From Rebecca billardiae RCC1528 (lineage: Eukaryota > Protista > Haptophyta): a stretch of 64,000 nucleotides of DNA. The first letter of the stretch is position 1, and the number at the start of each line of letters is the position of its first letter. The notes beneath the pieces were generated by a model. It saw only the letters and a program-made list of their open reading frames with translations, did not search any database and was not told where the DNA came from. Of the stretch, positions 1-10,495 are shown one piece after another. The position numbers and the translations under genes were made by a program. The stretch covers positions 930,001 through 994,000 of the forward strand of contig OZ251242.1 of NCBI GenBank assembly GCA_965240325.2, written 5' to 3'.

Positions 1-1620
1 CGCGTATAATTCTTTTGGGTAGATGTGTGAAAAGGAATGTTGTGCAAACCCAGTGCCAAATGTATCTTCGCCGTGTGCAGTGGCGCCCCAGCCATTGTCC
101 GAGGCGTCCGAGAAAACGGCTACGCAAGGCTTAGGTCGTTCTTCTAAAAACAATGTGCGCGGCTGCCAGTGGCGCACCGCGCGCGCCCACCAGCGCAGAT
201 CGTCTTTTGTTGTTGCGGACAAGCGCACGGGCAGGTTTTTGGTCCCCCTCCTCGCCGCGCCGTCGCGCCGCTTCGCTATTTTCGTCGTCGTCTGCTGACT
301 CGCGTCGCGCGCGCGCGCGCGCGCGCGCGCGCGCTGCGTCCCGCGCGCGCGCGCATGCACGAGCACGAGCAAGCGGCGTAGGTACGGACGGCACCGAGGG
401 TTGGCTCGCGCGAGCCAGCCTAGTCGGCCGCACAGGGACTCAAGCTGAGCCACTGACGCCGCCGTCCGCCGCCGCAAAATACTGTCGATTTCGATTTTTA
501 CGTTGGTAAGCCGCTCCCTGGTGACTGTCAGCTCGCACTTCACCGAGTCGAGGACGACTCCTAAAAACTCACAGCGACGGGTCGGCGGCACTGTCTTGTC
601 CTCCCTCACGACCAGGCCGAGTTTGGCCAGGAGCGCGTGAAGAGCCTCCAGTGCCGCCTCACACGAGGCTTTGTCTCTGCAGATCAGTAGAAAATCGTCG
701 AGGTAGTTGACTAGTGCCACTACCCCGTCGGGAGCGATTGCCATGAAGGCCCGGCGAACTGCATCTCCGACCAGTGAAAATACATACGGCGCACTCTTTG
801 CCCCGAAAGGCATGCGAGTCATGTGGCAGAACCCATCCTGCCAGGCAAAGCCCAAGTGTCGCCAGTCGTCTGGACGGAGATGAATGTGTGGGAACGCACT
901 TTTAATGTCCACCTTCGCCATCCAATAACCTGGCTGCAGAGCCTTACACGCGTGATTCACTTCGCGGTAGCGAAACGGAATATCGGGTATAGTTTCGTTC
1001 AACCCGGAGCGCCGACAGTCAAATATCATGCGGATTTCATCGTACGAGCCGTGTTTCGGGACCACCCCGAGAGGTGTGACACAGAGCCGGTCGTGCCTGA
1101 CTGAGCCGTCGGGGAGGGGCGTAAAAACAGAGCGATCTGGTTCAGCTTGCACCGCCCATCCGTTTTTGAGCCAGTCCTCGACCTGGTCTGCTGCCTTGTC
1201 TCGATGTTTGTGCACTGAATCATAATTGTACTGATCACAATGGGCGAGGCTGCTCTGCGCTAACGAGTGTGTTGGATCGTCGCCTCCCGCCGACGCCAGT
1301 CCTGGGAAGCAGCTAAAACCGCTGTACACACATGCCACCACGTATCTTGTAACATGTGCTGCCTCGTCGGTGCTGTCGCCTGGCGGGAGGAGCTGCCGCC
1401 AACTCGCCCGTGCGTCGAAGAGCGGGCAGCCTCGGTAGATTTTATCGTAAAATTGACTGTGCTGGCACGCACAGTCGTAACATGCTAGACTACACACTGG
1501 ACATTGTGGAATTGGCTCAGGGGGGTTGAGCAGGGGGTCGTCGGATATTGCTGAGGGGATGTTGCAACTATCTTGCCGGGCGGGATTACTTGCTGGTGAG
1601 GTTACGGTCGAATGATCGGG
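1..1620 (-). CDS. pol: reverse transcriptase fused in frame to RNase H (partial, open to the window edge)
   Basis: Manual translation runs ...YLDDFL...LVLVHARARGTQRARARARARDASQQTTTK...VFSDASDNGWG...ELYA with no stop, which is probably why it is missing from the ORF track. The frame opens after the TAG at 1621-1623 and has no AUG before the RT core. Confidence 0.88.
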
Positions 1621-1628
1621 CTAGTGGA

Positions 1629-3149
1629 CTAGCCGTCCGTTTTGGCTCTCCCCTTCGGATCCCTGCCCGGCTTGTCGCTGCCGCACCTCGGACAATATTT
1701 GACATCCCTGCTGAATTTCCCCTGACAACGTGTGCATTTGTGTGCGAATTTGCATTTACTGTATGAGCAGCCTCCCGGTTTGTTGAATAGGCGGCAGATC
1801 GGCCCGCCGTCTCCACCGCCCCCTGACTCGTGCGGGCCGCGGAAATTATGCTTCGTGATGGCCGTAGTCATTGCCTCAGAGTTGAAAGCATACTGCAGTT
1901 CGCCCATTAAGCCGGTCTCCCCCGCGTGCATCCGCACTAATTCGTCGTACGCCACGGCTGTTTGTGGGTTGTGATTCCGAGACATAGACGCCACTCGCTC
2001 AAGGTGCTCGAGGGCTGCCTTGAGGATGGAGCCCATGTCCGCCTGGTGTTGGTTGCGAAGAAACCGAGAGTATGCTATGACAAAATCTTCGAGTGTGCGA
2101 ATGCGCCGTGCCGCTCGCACGCTAAACTTCGTTTGCACTGATCCATCAGCCCCGTGTGTGATTTGTGCATCGTCCAGCATGTTTGCTGTCTGGGGCAGAT
2201 AAGCCTGCAGAGCCACAATCGGGGCGATCGCTTGCCCTGTCAGTGCTTGCTGCAGCGAATTTTGGATGGCTAAATTCGACAATGGCCCCGGGCCAGCCAA
2301 GGGTCCTCCCATGCCCCCTAGCTGTGGTGGTATCGACTGTAGTAGCCCGGCTCCCCGGAGGCTATCCTCGCCCGCCCGAGAGCCAGATTGTGACTCGCCC
2401 TCGCTGCCGGCTAGTGTCCCTCTGCGACTCTTGCCGCCTCGATGCTTGGGCCTGCGCCGTCTCTTTTTCGTGACCGGAGTGACTTCGGTTTCCCGATCAG
2501 AAAGGAACTCGTCGTCTTCATACTCTCCCCTCGGAATGTCATCGTCCGTATCTTCGCCTAATTCGGAATCACTGCCTGAGTCATCACCATCTTGGTCGGG
2601 CTCTGGCGTGGCTGCCCTCTGTCGTTTATTCGACGGGGGCCCTTGCCTGAGTTGTCGACCTTCATCTGCCTGGCCTTTCCGTTTCTTGTCAGCACCGGCT
2701 GCACGGTTTGCAACCGGCGGGGTTGACTGTGCTGCCTTTGCACGACGGGCGTTGTTTTCCTGCGCGCGAGAACCACCCCGAGTCTCGGCCCTGGTGGCGC
2801 GCGGGCGGGCGGCAGCTCCTGCTCGCCCCGCCTGTGATCCTTTCCGCCCTCTCCTTGCGTTGGGATCTACTTCATAGTCAACGTCGTTCCTCGTTTGGGG
2901 GACGATATCCTCCACCTGGAGAGGTGGTTCAATCGTTCTGATCGCCCGACCCTCCTGGAAAGTAGTCACTTCCTGGTCATCGTCATCCTGATCATCCACC
3001 TCCGAATCGTTTTCCCCCCGGTGATCCGAATCGTTCTCCTCACGGATCGGTACCTTCTTCCTTGTTGATGGCCCGCGGCGCGCCGCCTGTTTAGGCGCGG
3101 CCCGGCCCCCTTGGTTACGCGTAGTTTTGGAAACAGAAGCTTTAGTCAT
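1629..3149 (-). CDS. gag/ORF1 with C-terminal CCCH plus CxxC zinc fingers
   Basis: 506-aa ORF ending ICRLFNKPGGCSYSKCKFAHKCTRC...CPRC, typical of Ngaro/DIRS ORF1. It lies directly upstream of RT. Confidence 0.88.
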   Translation of the reverse strand: MTKASVSKTTRNQGGRAAPKQAARRGPSTRKKVPIREENDSDHRGENDSEVDDQDDDDQEVTTFQEGRAIRTIEPPLQVEDIVPQTRNDVDYEVDPNARRGRKGSQAGRAGAAARPRATRAETRGGSRAQENNARRAKAAQSTPPVANRAAGADKKRKGQADEGRQLRQGPPSNKRQRAATPEPDQDGDDSGSDSELGEDTDDDIPRGEYEDDEFLSDRETEVTPVTKKRRRRPKHRGGKSRRGTLAGSEGESQSGSRAGEDSLRGAGLLQSIPPQLGGMGGPLAGPGPLSNLAIQNSLQQALTGQAIAPIVALQAYLPQTANMLDDAQITHGADGSVQTKFSVRAARRIRTLEDFVIAYSRFLRNQHQADMGSILKAALEHLERVASMSRNHNPQTAVAYDELVRMHAGETGLMGELQYAFNSEAMTTAITKHNFRGPHESGGGGDGGPICRLFNKPGGCSYSKCKFAHKCTRCQGKFSRDVKYCPRCGSDKPGRDPKGRAKTDG

Positions 3150-3578
3150 ATTTGCCTTACGCAGGACCCCAGTCGGGGATAGTGCGGTCCGTTTGCTCCT
3201 ACTGCTGCCGCTGACAGTAAGAGGGCTGTTCTTTTTTCAACGTGACAGCGAGTTCGCCACTCTCTCTGCTCCACGGCGACGTATTCAGGGGATTTATTAC
3301 CCGCCCCCCTAACCCAGTATCGGCCGACTGCCACTGAGGGGTGCTCCACGGCTTGCACCCAGCGGGAATTGTTCCCCCGACAGGGACACAGACAGAAGAT
3401 AAAGATGGGTCGCATCTGAATCGTCAGTCGGCGTCCCTACCGGGGGGTGGGTCTAAGTGAGTCGTGGGGGTTGGGCAAGCGGCGGTACCGCCCCCCTACA
3501 CCCCGCGAGTCACCAGCACAGAGGCTGAACAGTGAACCGCTACTGGAGTGGCTTTTGATTGAATGTCAACAGCCTACT

Positions 3579-3925
3579 CGCCATCTCCTTACGCGAGCAA
3601 GCAGAAAGCAGAGGCTCACCGCGAGACGAGGTTCATCGACGTTTGTACATTTGACCTCGGCTTCGCGGGAGTGGTCGATTGGTGGGCCCAACGTTTGTTC
3701 AAGCAAGTTACAGTGTCTCTGAACTTGTGGGCGGTCTAGTCTTGATATTGATGTTGATGCCGAACCAGCAATGTTCCATCCGATGATTCGTCCGCTTTCT
3801 TTGGGGCAGAGTCGGACTCCATGGTCACCGCTGAAGTAAGCGATAGTATATGCTTGTTCGTCATTGTCTTTTGCCAGGGACCCACTGACTGTGGATACCT
3901 TGGGCAACAGACAACGATTCCCCCA
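3579..3925 (-). repeat. Split direct repeat B2 (probably 3'-truncated)
   Basis: Identical by eye to 5099-5445 (offset 1520). Confidence 0.92.
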
Positions 3926-4097
3926 CGATTCCTTTCCTACGGCGAAAAGAAAAAGCGCTGGCAACCAAAATTGTCGGTCCATTGATTAACAAGGTTGGTT
4001 GATGAAGCCGTTTTCATTTGCTTCAACAGGCTCGGCTTGCTCGCCGGAAAAGATGGAATTCCGTAACAACGAAAATGAATGCGGGCGGGTGGGAGGG

Positions 4098-4907
4098 AAA
4101 AGAGCTTTGATTCCTACTGTGCGGGGGGGAGCGACCCTGCTCTTCAGCCGGCATGCCGCCTTCAAGCCTCCCTCCCCAAGATAGGTGCCAGCCCCCTCCT
4201 TCGAAGCGCGACGCAAACACGTGCGCTTGGGTGGGCACGCGCACAGATGCGCCGGCGCAAGGCGCAACCCCGCGCCCGTCCACTCTCCGCGCCAGGGGCG
4301 CGGCGCAGGAGGTGCGCCCGGCCGCAAGACTTCGCCGCAGGACGAAATGGCTGCCACTCGGTGCGGCGACCGTCGATAGGTTGCCTCTGCCCGCTGCTCG
4401 GGGGCCGCACCCGGCCACGGTCCTCGTGCGGCGTGTGATCCTCGTGTGTCGCACGAGCCTCTGCCTTCGTGGGCTCCGCGTTTGGTCCCGGCTCCGCCTG
4501 TCCTCTCCCTTCTGCACTGGCGCGCGCGCGCGCGCGCGGCGGCGATGACTGATCGTACTTCACACTCTTCCTGTCGCGCGACAGTGTACCTCTGCATCAT
4601 ACGTATTGCCCGTACGGCTGCATCCAAGTACGTTTGTACGTCCTGGATGTTCCATTTGCCAGCTACCTCTCTCCGAGGCCTCACGCGTTCGGCTGCCTAC
4701 TGGGCCCTTGGCTGCCAGCTACGATCCGAATGGTGTCTCTCCTTGCGCGCGCGCGCGACGCGCGCGGCGCCGCCAACTCTGGTGAGAGCCTCCGCCTGGA
4801 TCCTGCCTTACTGCCGGCCTCTACCGGCCGTCAATGGCCATGTTGCCAAGGGCCGCCGACGGTTGGCCCGACTAAAGTTCTCGTTAGACACTGTGGTCTA
4901 AGAGGGG
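4098..4907 (-). repeat. Split direct repeat A2
   Basis: Matches 11534-12348 except for a 5-bp insertion in A1. Confidence 0.93.
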
Positions 4908-5098
4908 TTAGTCGGATAGAATAACACTGCTAGTCCTCAGCTGGCAAACTACCGCGCGCGCGCGCGCGCGCGCCTAAGTTCCCGCTCCCCCCACTGCGTC
5001 CTTGCTTTTATGGGCGGCCCCCGACCGGAACGAGTGTGGGGGCGGACGCCCGGGCCTTTCAGCCCGAGCGCCCTTGTTATTGTTAGTGGCTTTGCCTC

Positions 5099-5445
5099 CG
5101 CCATCTCCTTACGCGAGCAAGCAGAAAGCAGAGGCTCACCGCGAGACGAGGTTCATCGACGTTTGTACATTTGACCTCGGCTTCGCGGGAGTGGTCGATT
5201 GGTGGGCCCAACGTTTGTTCAAGCAAGTTACAGTGTCTCTGAACTTGTGGGCGGTCTAGTCTTGATATTGATGTTGATGCCGAACCAGCAATGTTCCATC
5301 CGATGATTCGTCCGCTTTCTTTGGGGCAGAGTCGGACTCCATGGTCACCGCTGAAGTAAGCGATAGTATATGCTTGTTCGTCATTGTCTTTTGCCAGGGA
5401 CCCACTGACTGTGGATACCTTGGGCAACAGACAACGATTCCCCCA
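5099..5445 (-). repeat. Split direct repeat B1 (may extend to 4908)
   Basis: Identical by eye to 3579-3925. Confidence 0.92.
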
Positions 5446-6031
5446 AACCGGATGGACCGGAGCGACACCCTGATAAGTATCACTGTGTCGGTCGGTTCTT
5501 CCATATCGGACCAGCAGCAACTATCGCTAGCCAGGGCTTCTGACCGCACTGTCCAGTTTATCCCCCACATGTAGAGCGGACGGACCGATGGTGGTCATCG
5601 ATGGAAAAACTACTCACAATATTCGGCCGCACACTGCTAGTTCCCGCCTGAGTTGGGCTCCTGGTTCGATCACTCTCCCAAACAATAACAATATAGATTG
5701 TATGTCTACTGGCATGCGATTTGTGCATCCGGTAGTACAAAGTACCTGTGCGAGCAGGGCAAGGGGGGGGGGGTGCACATTATCCGTCAGCACGAATGAC
5801 TGTCATCGTTTGACAAAATGCACAACACAACTGTTTAACACTAGCGACCACTGCTGTCCCGCCACTCGACGCACTGTCAGGAACGGTCAATGAGTCATAT
5901 GTGAATAAATGCATTAATTAATTAAATATATATATATATCTATGATCGTGTGTATAACTCGACAAGTGGGCTTGCTTCCAGCCTTGGCGTGGTCGGTTGC
6001 ATCAATCGCAATGTCTGTCCAGTGCTGAGCC

Positions 6032-7081
6032 TTAGCCGAGTGCTTTTGCCATTCGAGCACATAATTGGCCTCGCCGCAAAGCCTGAGACGAGTAGGATCG
6101 CCACACGCCCGAATGCCACCTGCCAATAAGCTTGCAGTCGTCCTCTGTCAATTTGGCCGACTCTGCCAGCCATAACCCTGTACGCCGCCATGTATGTGTC
6201 CCGAGGGCCGTACCCCCCAACCCCAGGGTGACTCCGAGGGCGTGTGCCCACCCTAGCGCCTCCTCATATGGTAGGGGGCAGCCTCTTGACTTGGCTGAAC
6301 TAAAGACTGGCCCCGACGGTACCTCACCTCGTCGGAGGCGTGAGCGACTGTACTGCCACCAATCTCGCAGTGCCAGCACCGGGCAGCACACCCCTGAAGT
6401 GTTGGTGAGCTTAGGTAGCCAGACGCCCACTGGCTCGCGCTGTCGTTTGCCACGGTGTAGAATGATAAATATCCCTTTTCCCGTTGTGTCCCAAAGCACG
6501 TCGTCCCAGTGTATGATTCTGGTACCCTGCCCCACAGCGGAGTGTCCCCCTTCAGAGAAATGTTCAGACCGTAGCAGCCCGAATGTCGCCACAGTGACTA
6601 ATGCCAGCCACATCTTGTCTCGGTGCGCTCGGGACAACTTCAGCCGAGCACAAACTGTCGAGAATTGAGCCGCCGTCAGTCCCCGCTTCCTTAAAGGGGT
6701 CTTTCCGTGTTGCGCTTCTATAAACTGTACGATCCGTTTTTCAACGAAGCTACGTTTGCAGACGGTATAACCTCTCGCTCGTGCCCAAGCTCGGACCGCC
6801 CCTGTGTACGTCTTTACCGTATTCGCCAAATTCCCAGCGGCCAGCAGGAACCCAGCAAACCGTTCAAATTGCTTGTTAATGTGAAACCCATCCGGCCGTA
6901 GATGGTATTGGCCGCAGAATCGCAGCCACGCCTTGACTGCCGTATTGTACGACCGAGTTGTATTTGCCTCTACTCCCGCCTGAACCACTGTCTCGACCAC
7001 TGAATCTAATTGTTTCAACGTAGATACCTTCCTCGTTGGGCCTGCCGGTGGCCTGCCCATTAAGCTCAGAATTTGTTCCAC
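6032..7081 (-). CDS. Tyrosine recombinase (phage-integrase fold) of the retrotransposon
   Basis: SAM-like N-terminus (NTTRSYNTAVKAW...NTVKTY). Catalytic R (GLLRSEH), HxxR (HTWRRTG), GRW and Y (WRSYS). First ATG is at 7060, just after the RNase H stop. Confidence 0.93.
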   Translation of the reverse strand: MEQILSLMGRPPAGPTRKVSTLKQLDSVVETVVQAGVEANTTRSYNTAVKAWLRFCGQYHLRPDGFHINKQFERFAGFLLAAGNLANTVKTYTGAVRAWARARGYTVCKRSFVEKRIVQFIEAQHGKTPLRKRGLTAAQFSTVCARLKLSRAHRDKMWLALVTVATFGLLRSEHFSEGGHSAVGQGTRIIHWDDVLWDTTGKGIFIILHRGKRQREPVGVWLPKLTNTSGVCCPVLALRDWWQYSRSRLRRGEVPSGPVFSSAKSRGCPLPYEEALGWAHALGVTLGLGGTALGTHTWRRTGLWLAESAKLTEDDCKLIGRWHSGVWRSYSSQALRRGQLCARMAKALG

Positions 7082-7690
7082 AGTCCCGCCGGGCGACGCA
7101 CGCGCCGCGGCGGCTTGCGGATGTTTTTAATGAGATGCCACTTGTCCTTTCTGGACAGGGCATCGGCGTAGTCGTTGTCTACGCCGCTAATGTGTGTAGC
7201 ACGGAGAAGGAATCCATGACGTACTTCCAGAAGATTCAGTTGTCGCAAGAGTGGCAGAGTCTCGGCGCACCGGGTCGAGTGTTTGTTTATTGAGTCCACG
7301 ACGGCTTTATTATCCACAAAGGCAAGCACCCTTTGGGCCTTCCACTTCGGCCCCCAGCGTTGTGCGGCGCGGACTACCGCGTATAATTCTTTTGGGTAGA
7401 TGTGTGAAAAGGAATGTTGTGCAAACCCAGTGCCAAATGTATCTTCGCCGTGTGCAGTGGCGCCCCAGCCATTGTCCGAGGCGTCCGAGAAAACGGCTAC
7501 GCAAGGCTTAGGTCGTTCTTCTAAAAACAATGTGCGCGGCTGCCAGTGGCGCACCGCGCGCGCCCACCAGCGCAGATCGTCTTTTGTTGTTGCGGACAAG
7601 CGCACGGGCAGGTTTTTGGTCCCCCTCCTCGCCGCGCCGTCGCGCCGCTTCGCTATTTTCGTCGTCGTCTGCTGACTCGCGTCGCGCGCG
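7066..7690 (-). CDS. RNase H domain of pol, copy 2 (out of frame with RT)
   Basis: DIRS-type RNase H motifs VFSDASDNGWG, ELYAV, VDNKAVV and HISGVDNDYADALSR. Confidence 0.88.
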
Positions 7691-8966
7691 CGCGCGCATG
7701 CACGAGCACGAGCAAGCGGCGTAGGTACGGACGGCACCGAGGGTTGGCTCGCGCGAGCCAGCCTAGTCGGCCGCACAGGGACTCAAGCTGAGCCACTGAC
7801 GCCGCCGTCCGCCGCCGCAAAATACTGTCGATTTCGATTTTTACGTTGGTAAGCCGCTCCCTGGTGACTGTCAGCTCGCACTTCACCGAGTCGAGGACGA
7901 CTCCTAAAAACTCACAGCGACGGGTCGGCGGCACTGTCTTGTCCTCCCTCACGACCAGGCCGAGTTTGGCCAGGAGCGCGTGAAGAGCCTCCAGTGCCGC
8001 CTCACACGAGGCTTTGTCTCTGCAGATCAGTAGAAAATCGTCGAGGTAGTTGACTAGTGCCACTACCCCGTCGGGAGCGATTGCCATGAAGGCCCGGCGA
8101 ACTGCATCTCCGACCAGTGAAAATACATACGGCGCACTCTTTGCCCCGAAAGGCATGCGAGTCATGTGGCAGAACCCATCCTGCCAGGCAAAGCCCAAGT
8201 GTCGCCAGTCGTCTGGACGGAGATGAATGTGTGGGAACGCACTTTTAATGTCCACCTTCGCCATCCAATAACCTGGCTGCAGAGCCTTACACGCGTGATT
8301 CACTTCGCGGTAGCGAAACGGAATATCGGGTATAGTTTCGTTCAACCCGGAGCGCCGACAGTCAAATATCATGCGGATTTCATCGTACGAGCCGTGTTTC
8401 GGGACCACCCCGAGAGGTGTGACACAGAGCCGGTCGTGCCTGACTGAGCCGTCGGGGAGGGGCGTAAAAACAGAGCGATCTGGTTCAGCTTGCACCGCCC
8501 ATCCGTTTTTGAGCCAGTCCTCGACCTGGTCTGCTGCCTTGTCTCGATGTTTGTGCACTGAATCATAATTGTACTGATCACAATAATGGGCGAGGCTGCT
8601 CTGCGCTAACGAGTGTGTTGGATCGTCGCCTCCCGCCGACGCCAGTCCTGGGAAGCAGCTAAAACCGCTGTACACACATGCCACCACGTATCTTGTAACA
8701 TGTGCTGCCTCGTCGGTGCTGTCGCCTGGCGGGAGGAGCTGCCGCCAACTCGCCCGTGCGTCGAAGAGCGGGCAGCCTCGGTAGATTTTATCGTAAAATT
8801 GACTGTGCTGGCACGCACAGTCGTAACATGCTAGACTACACACTGGACATTGTGGAATTGGCTCAGGGGGGTTGAGCAGGGGGTCGTCGGATATTGCTGA
8901 GGGGATGTTGCAACTATCTTGCCGGGCGGGATTACTTGCTGGTGAGGTTACGGTCGAATGATCGGG
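7653..8966 (-). CDS. Reverse transcriptase domain of pol, copy 2 (frameshifted before RNase H)
   Basis: Motifs PLGVVPK, RMIFD, KVDIKSAF, RMPFG..SAP, NYLDDFL and FLGVVLDS. Stops at 7653 because the (CG)n linker is 34 bp shorter than in copy 1. Confidence 0.92.
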   Translation of the reverse strand, partial: PDHSTVTSPASNPARQDSCNIPSAISDDPLLNPPEPIPQCPVCSLACYDCACQHSQFYDKIYRGCPLFDARASWRQLLPPGDSTDEAAHVTRYVVACVYSGFSCFPGLASAGGDDPTHSLAQSSLAHYCDQYNYDSVHKHRDKAADQVEDWLKNGWAVQAEPDRSVFTPLPDGSVRHDRLCVTPLGVVPKHGSYDEIRMIFDCRRSGLNETIPDIPFRYREVNHACKALQPGYWMAKVDIKSAFPHIHLRPDDWRHLGFAWQDGFCHMTRMPFGAKSAPYVFSLVGDAVRRAFMAIAPDGVVALVNYLDDFLLICRDKASCEAALEALHALLAKLGLVVREDKTVPPTRRCEFLGVVLDSVKCELTVTRERLTNVKIEIDSILRRRTAASVAQLESLCGRLGWLARANPRCRPYLRRLLVLVHARARATRVSRRRRK

Positions 8967-8974
8967 CTAGTGGA

Positions 8975-10495
8975 CTAGCCGTCCGTTTTGGCTCTCCCCT
9001 TCGGATCCCTGCCCGGCTTGTCGCTGCCGCACCTCGGACAATATTTGACATCCCTGCTGAATTTCCCCTGACAACGTGTGCATTTGTGTGCGAATTTGCA
9101 TTTACTGTATGAGCAGCCTCCCGGTTTGTTGAATAGGCGGCAGATCGGCCCGCCGTCTCCACCGCCCCCTGACTCGTGCGGGCCGCGGAAATTATGCTTC
9201 GTGATGGCCGTAGTCATTGCCTCAGAGTTGAAAGCATACTGCAGTTCGCCCATTAAGCCGGTCTCCCCCGCGTGCATCCGCACTAATTCGTCGTACGCCA
9301 CGGCTGTTTGTGGGTTGTGATTCCGAGACATAGACGCCACTCGCTCAAGGTGCTCGAGGGCTGCCTTGAGGATGGAGCCCATGTCCGCCTGGTGTTGGTT
9401 GCGAAGAAACCGAGAGTATGCTATGACAAAATCTTCGAGTGTGCGAATGCGCCGTGCCGCTCGCACGCTAAACTTCGTTTGCACTGATCCATCAGCCCCG
9501 TGTGTGATTTGTGCATCGTCCAGCATGTTTGCTGTCTGGGGCAGATAAGCCTGCAGAGCCACAATCGGGGCGATCGCTTGCCCTGTCAGTGCTTGCTGCA
9601 GCGAATTTTGGATGGCTAAATTCGACAATGGCCCCGGGCCAGCCAAGGGTCCTCCCATGCCCCCTAGCTGTGGTGGTATCGACTGTAGTAGCCCGGCTCC
9701 CCGGAGGCTATCCTCGCCCGCCCGAGAGCCAGATTGTGACTCGCCCTCGCTGCCGGCTAGTGTCCCTCTGCGACTCTTGCCGCCTCGATGCTTGGGCCTG
9801 CGCCGTCTCTTTTTCGTGACCGGAGTGACTTCGGTTTCCCGATCAGAAAGGAACTCGTCGTCTTCATACTCTCCCCTCGGAATGTCATCGTCCGTATCTT
9901 CGCCTAATTCGGAATCACTGCCTGAGTCATCACCATCTTGGTCGGGCTCTGGCGTGGCTGCCCTCTGTCGTTTATTCGACGGGGGCCCTTGCCTGAGTTG
10001 TCGACCTTCATCTGCCTGGCCTTTCCGTTTCTTGTCAGCACCGGCTGCACGGTTTGCAACCGGCGGGGTTGACTGTGCTGCCTTTGCACGACGGGCGTTG
10101 TTTTCCTGCGCGCGAGAACCACCCCGAGTCTCGGCCCTGGTGGCGCGCGGGCGGGCGGCAGCTCCTGCTCGCCCCGCCTGTGATCCTTTCCGCCCTCTCC
10201 TTGCGTTGGGATCTACTTCATAGTCAACGTCGTTCCTCGTTTGGGGGACGATATCCTCCACCTGGAGAGGTGGTTCAATCGTTCTGATCGCCCGACCCTC
10301 CTGGAAAGTAGTCACTTCCTGGTCATCGTCATCCTGATCATCCACCTCCGAATCGTTCTCCCCCCGGTGATCCGAATCGTTCTCCTCACGGATCGGTACC
10401 TTCTTCCTTGTTGATGGCCCGCGGCGCGCCGCCTGTTTAGGCGCGGCCCGGCCCCCTTGGTTACGCGTAGTTTTGGAAACAGAAGCTTTAGTCAT
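8975..10495 (-). CDS. gag/ORF1 with CCCH zinc finger, copy 2
   Basis: Protein identical to that of 1629-3149. Confidence 0.88.
   Translation of the reverse strand: MTKASVSKTTRNQGGRAAPKQAARRGPSTRKKVPIREENDSDHRGENDSEVDDQDDDDQEVTTFQEGRAIRTIEPPLQVEDIVPQTRNDVDYEVDPNARRGRKGSQAGRAGAAARPRATRAETRGGSRAQENNARRAKAAQSTPPVANRAAGADKKRKGQADEGRQLRQGPPSNKRQRAATPEPDQDGDDSGSDSELGEDTDDDIPRGEYEDDEFLSDRETEVTPVTKKRRRRPKHRGGKSRRGTLAGSEGESQSGSRAGEDSLRGAGLLQSIPPQLGGMGGPLAGPGPLSNLAIQNSLQQALTGQAIAPIVALQAYLPQTANMLDDAQITHGADGSVQTKFSVRAARRIRTLEDFVIAYSRFLRNQHQADMGSILKAALEHLERVASMSRNHNPQTAVAYDELVRMHAGETGLMGELQYAFNSEAMTTAITKHNFRGPHESGGGGDGGPICRLFNKPGGCSYSKCKFAHKCTRCQGKFSRDVKYCPRCGSDKPGRDPKGRAKTDG

Larger units (their letters stand above)
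1..3579 (-). mobile_element. Ngaro/DIRS-group tyrosine-recombinase retrotransposon, copy 1 (5'-truncated; runs off the window edge)
   Basis: Near-identical to 7378-10925. Differences seen: a 34-bp (CG)n indel at ~301-355, a 3-bp indel at ~1240 and one synonymous SNP (3012 vs 10358). Carries gag and RT-RNase H. Confidence 0.93.

Noticed and set aside
3566-5570. ORFs in the A and B repeats (138, 145 and 232 aa) as extra element genes
   Set aside because: They change frame or termini between repeat copies and show no recognisable domain.
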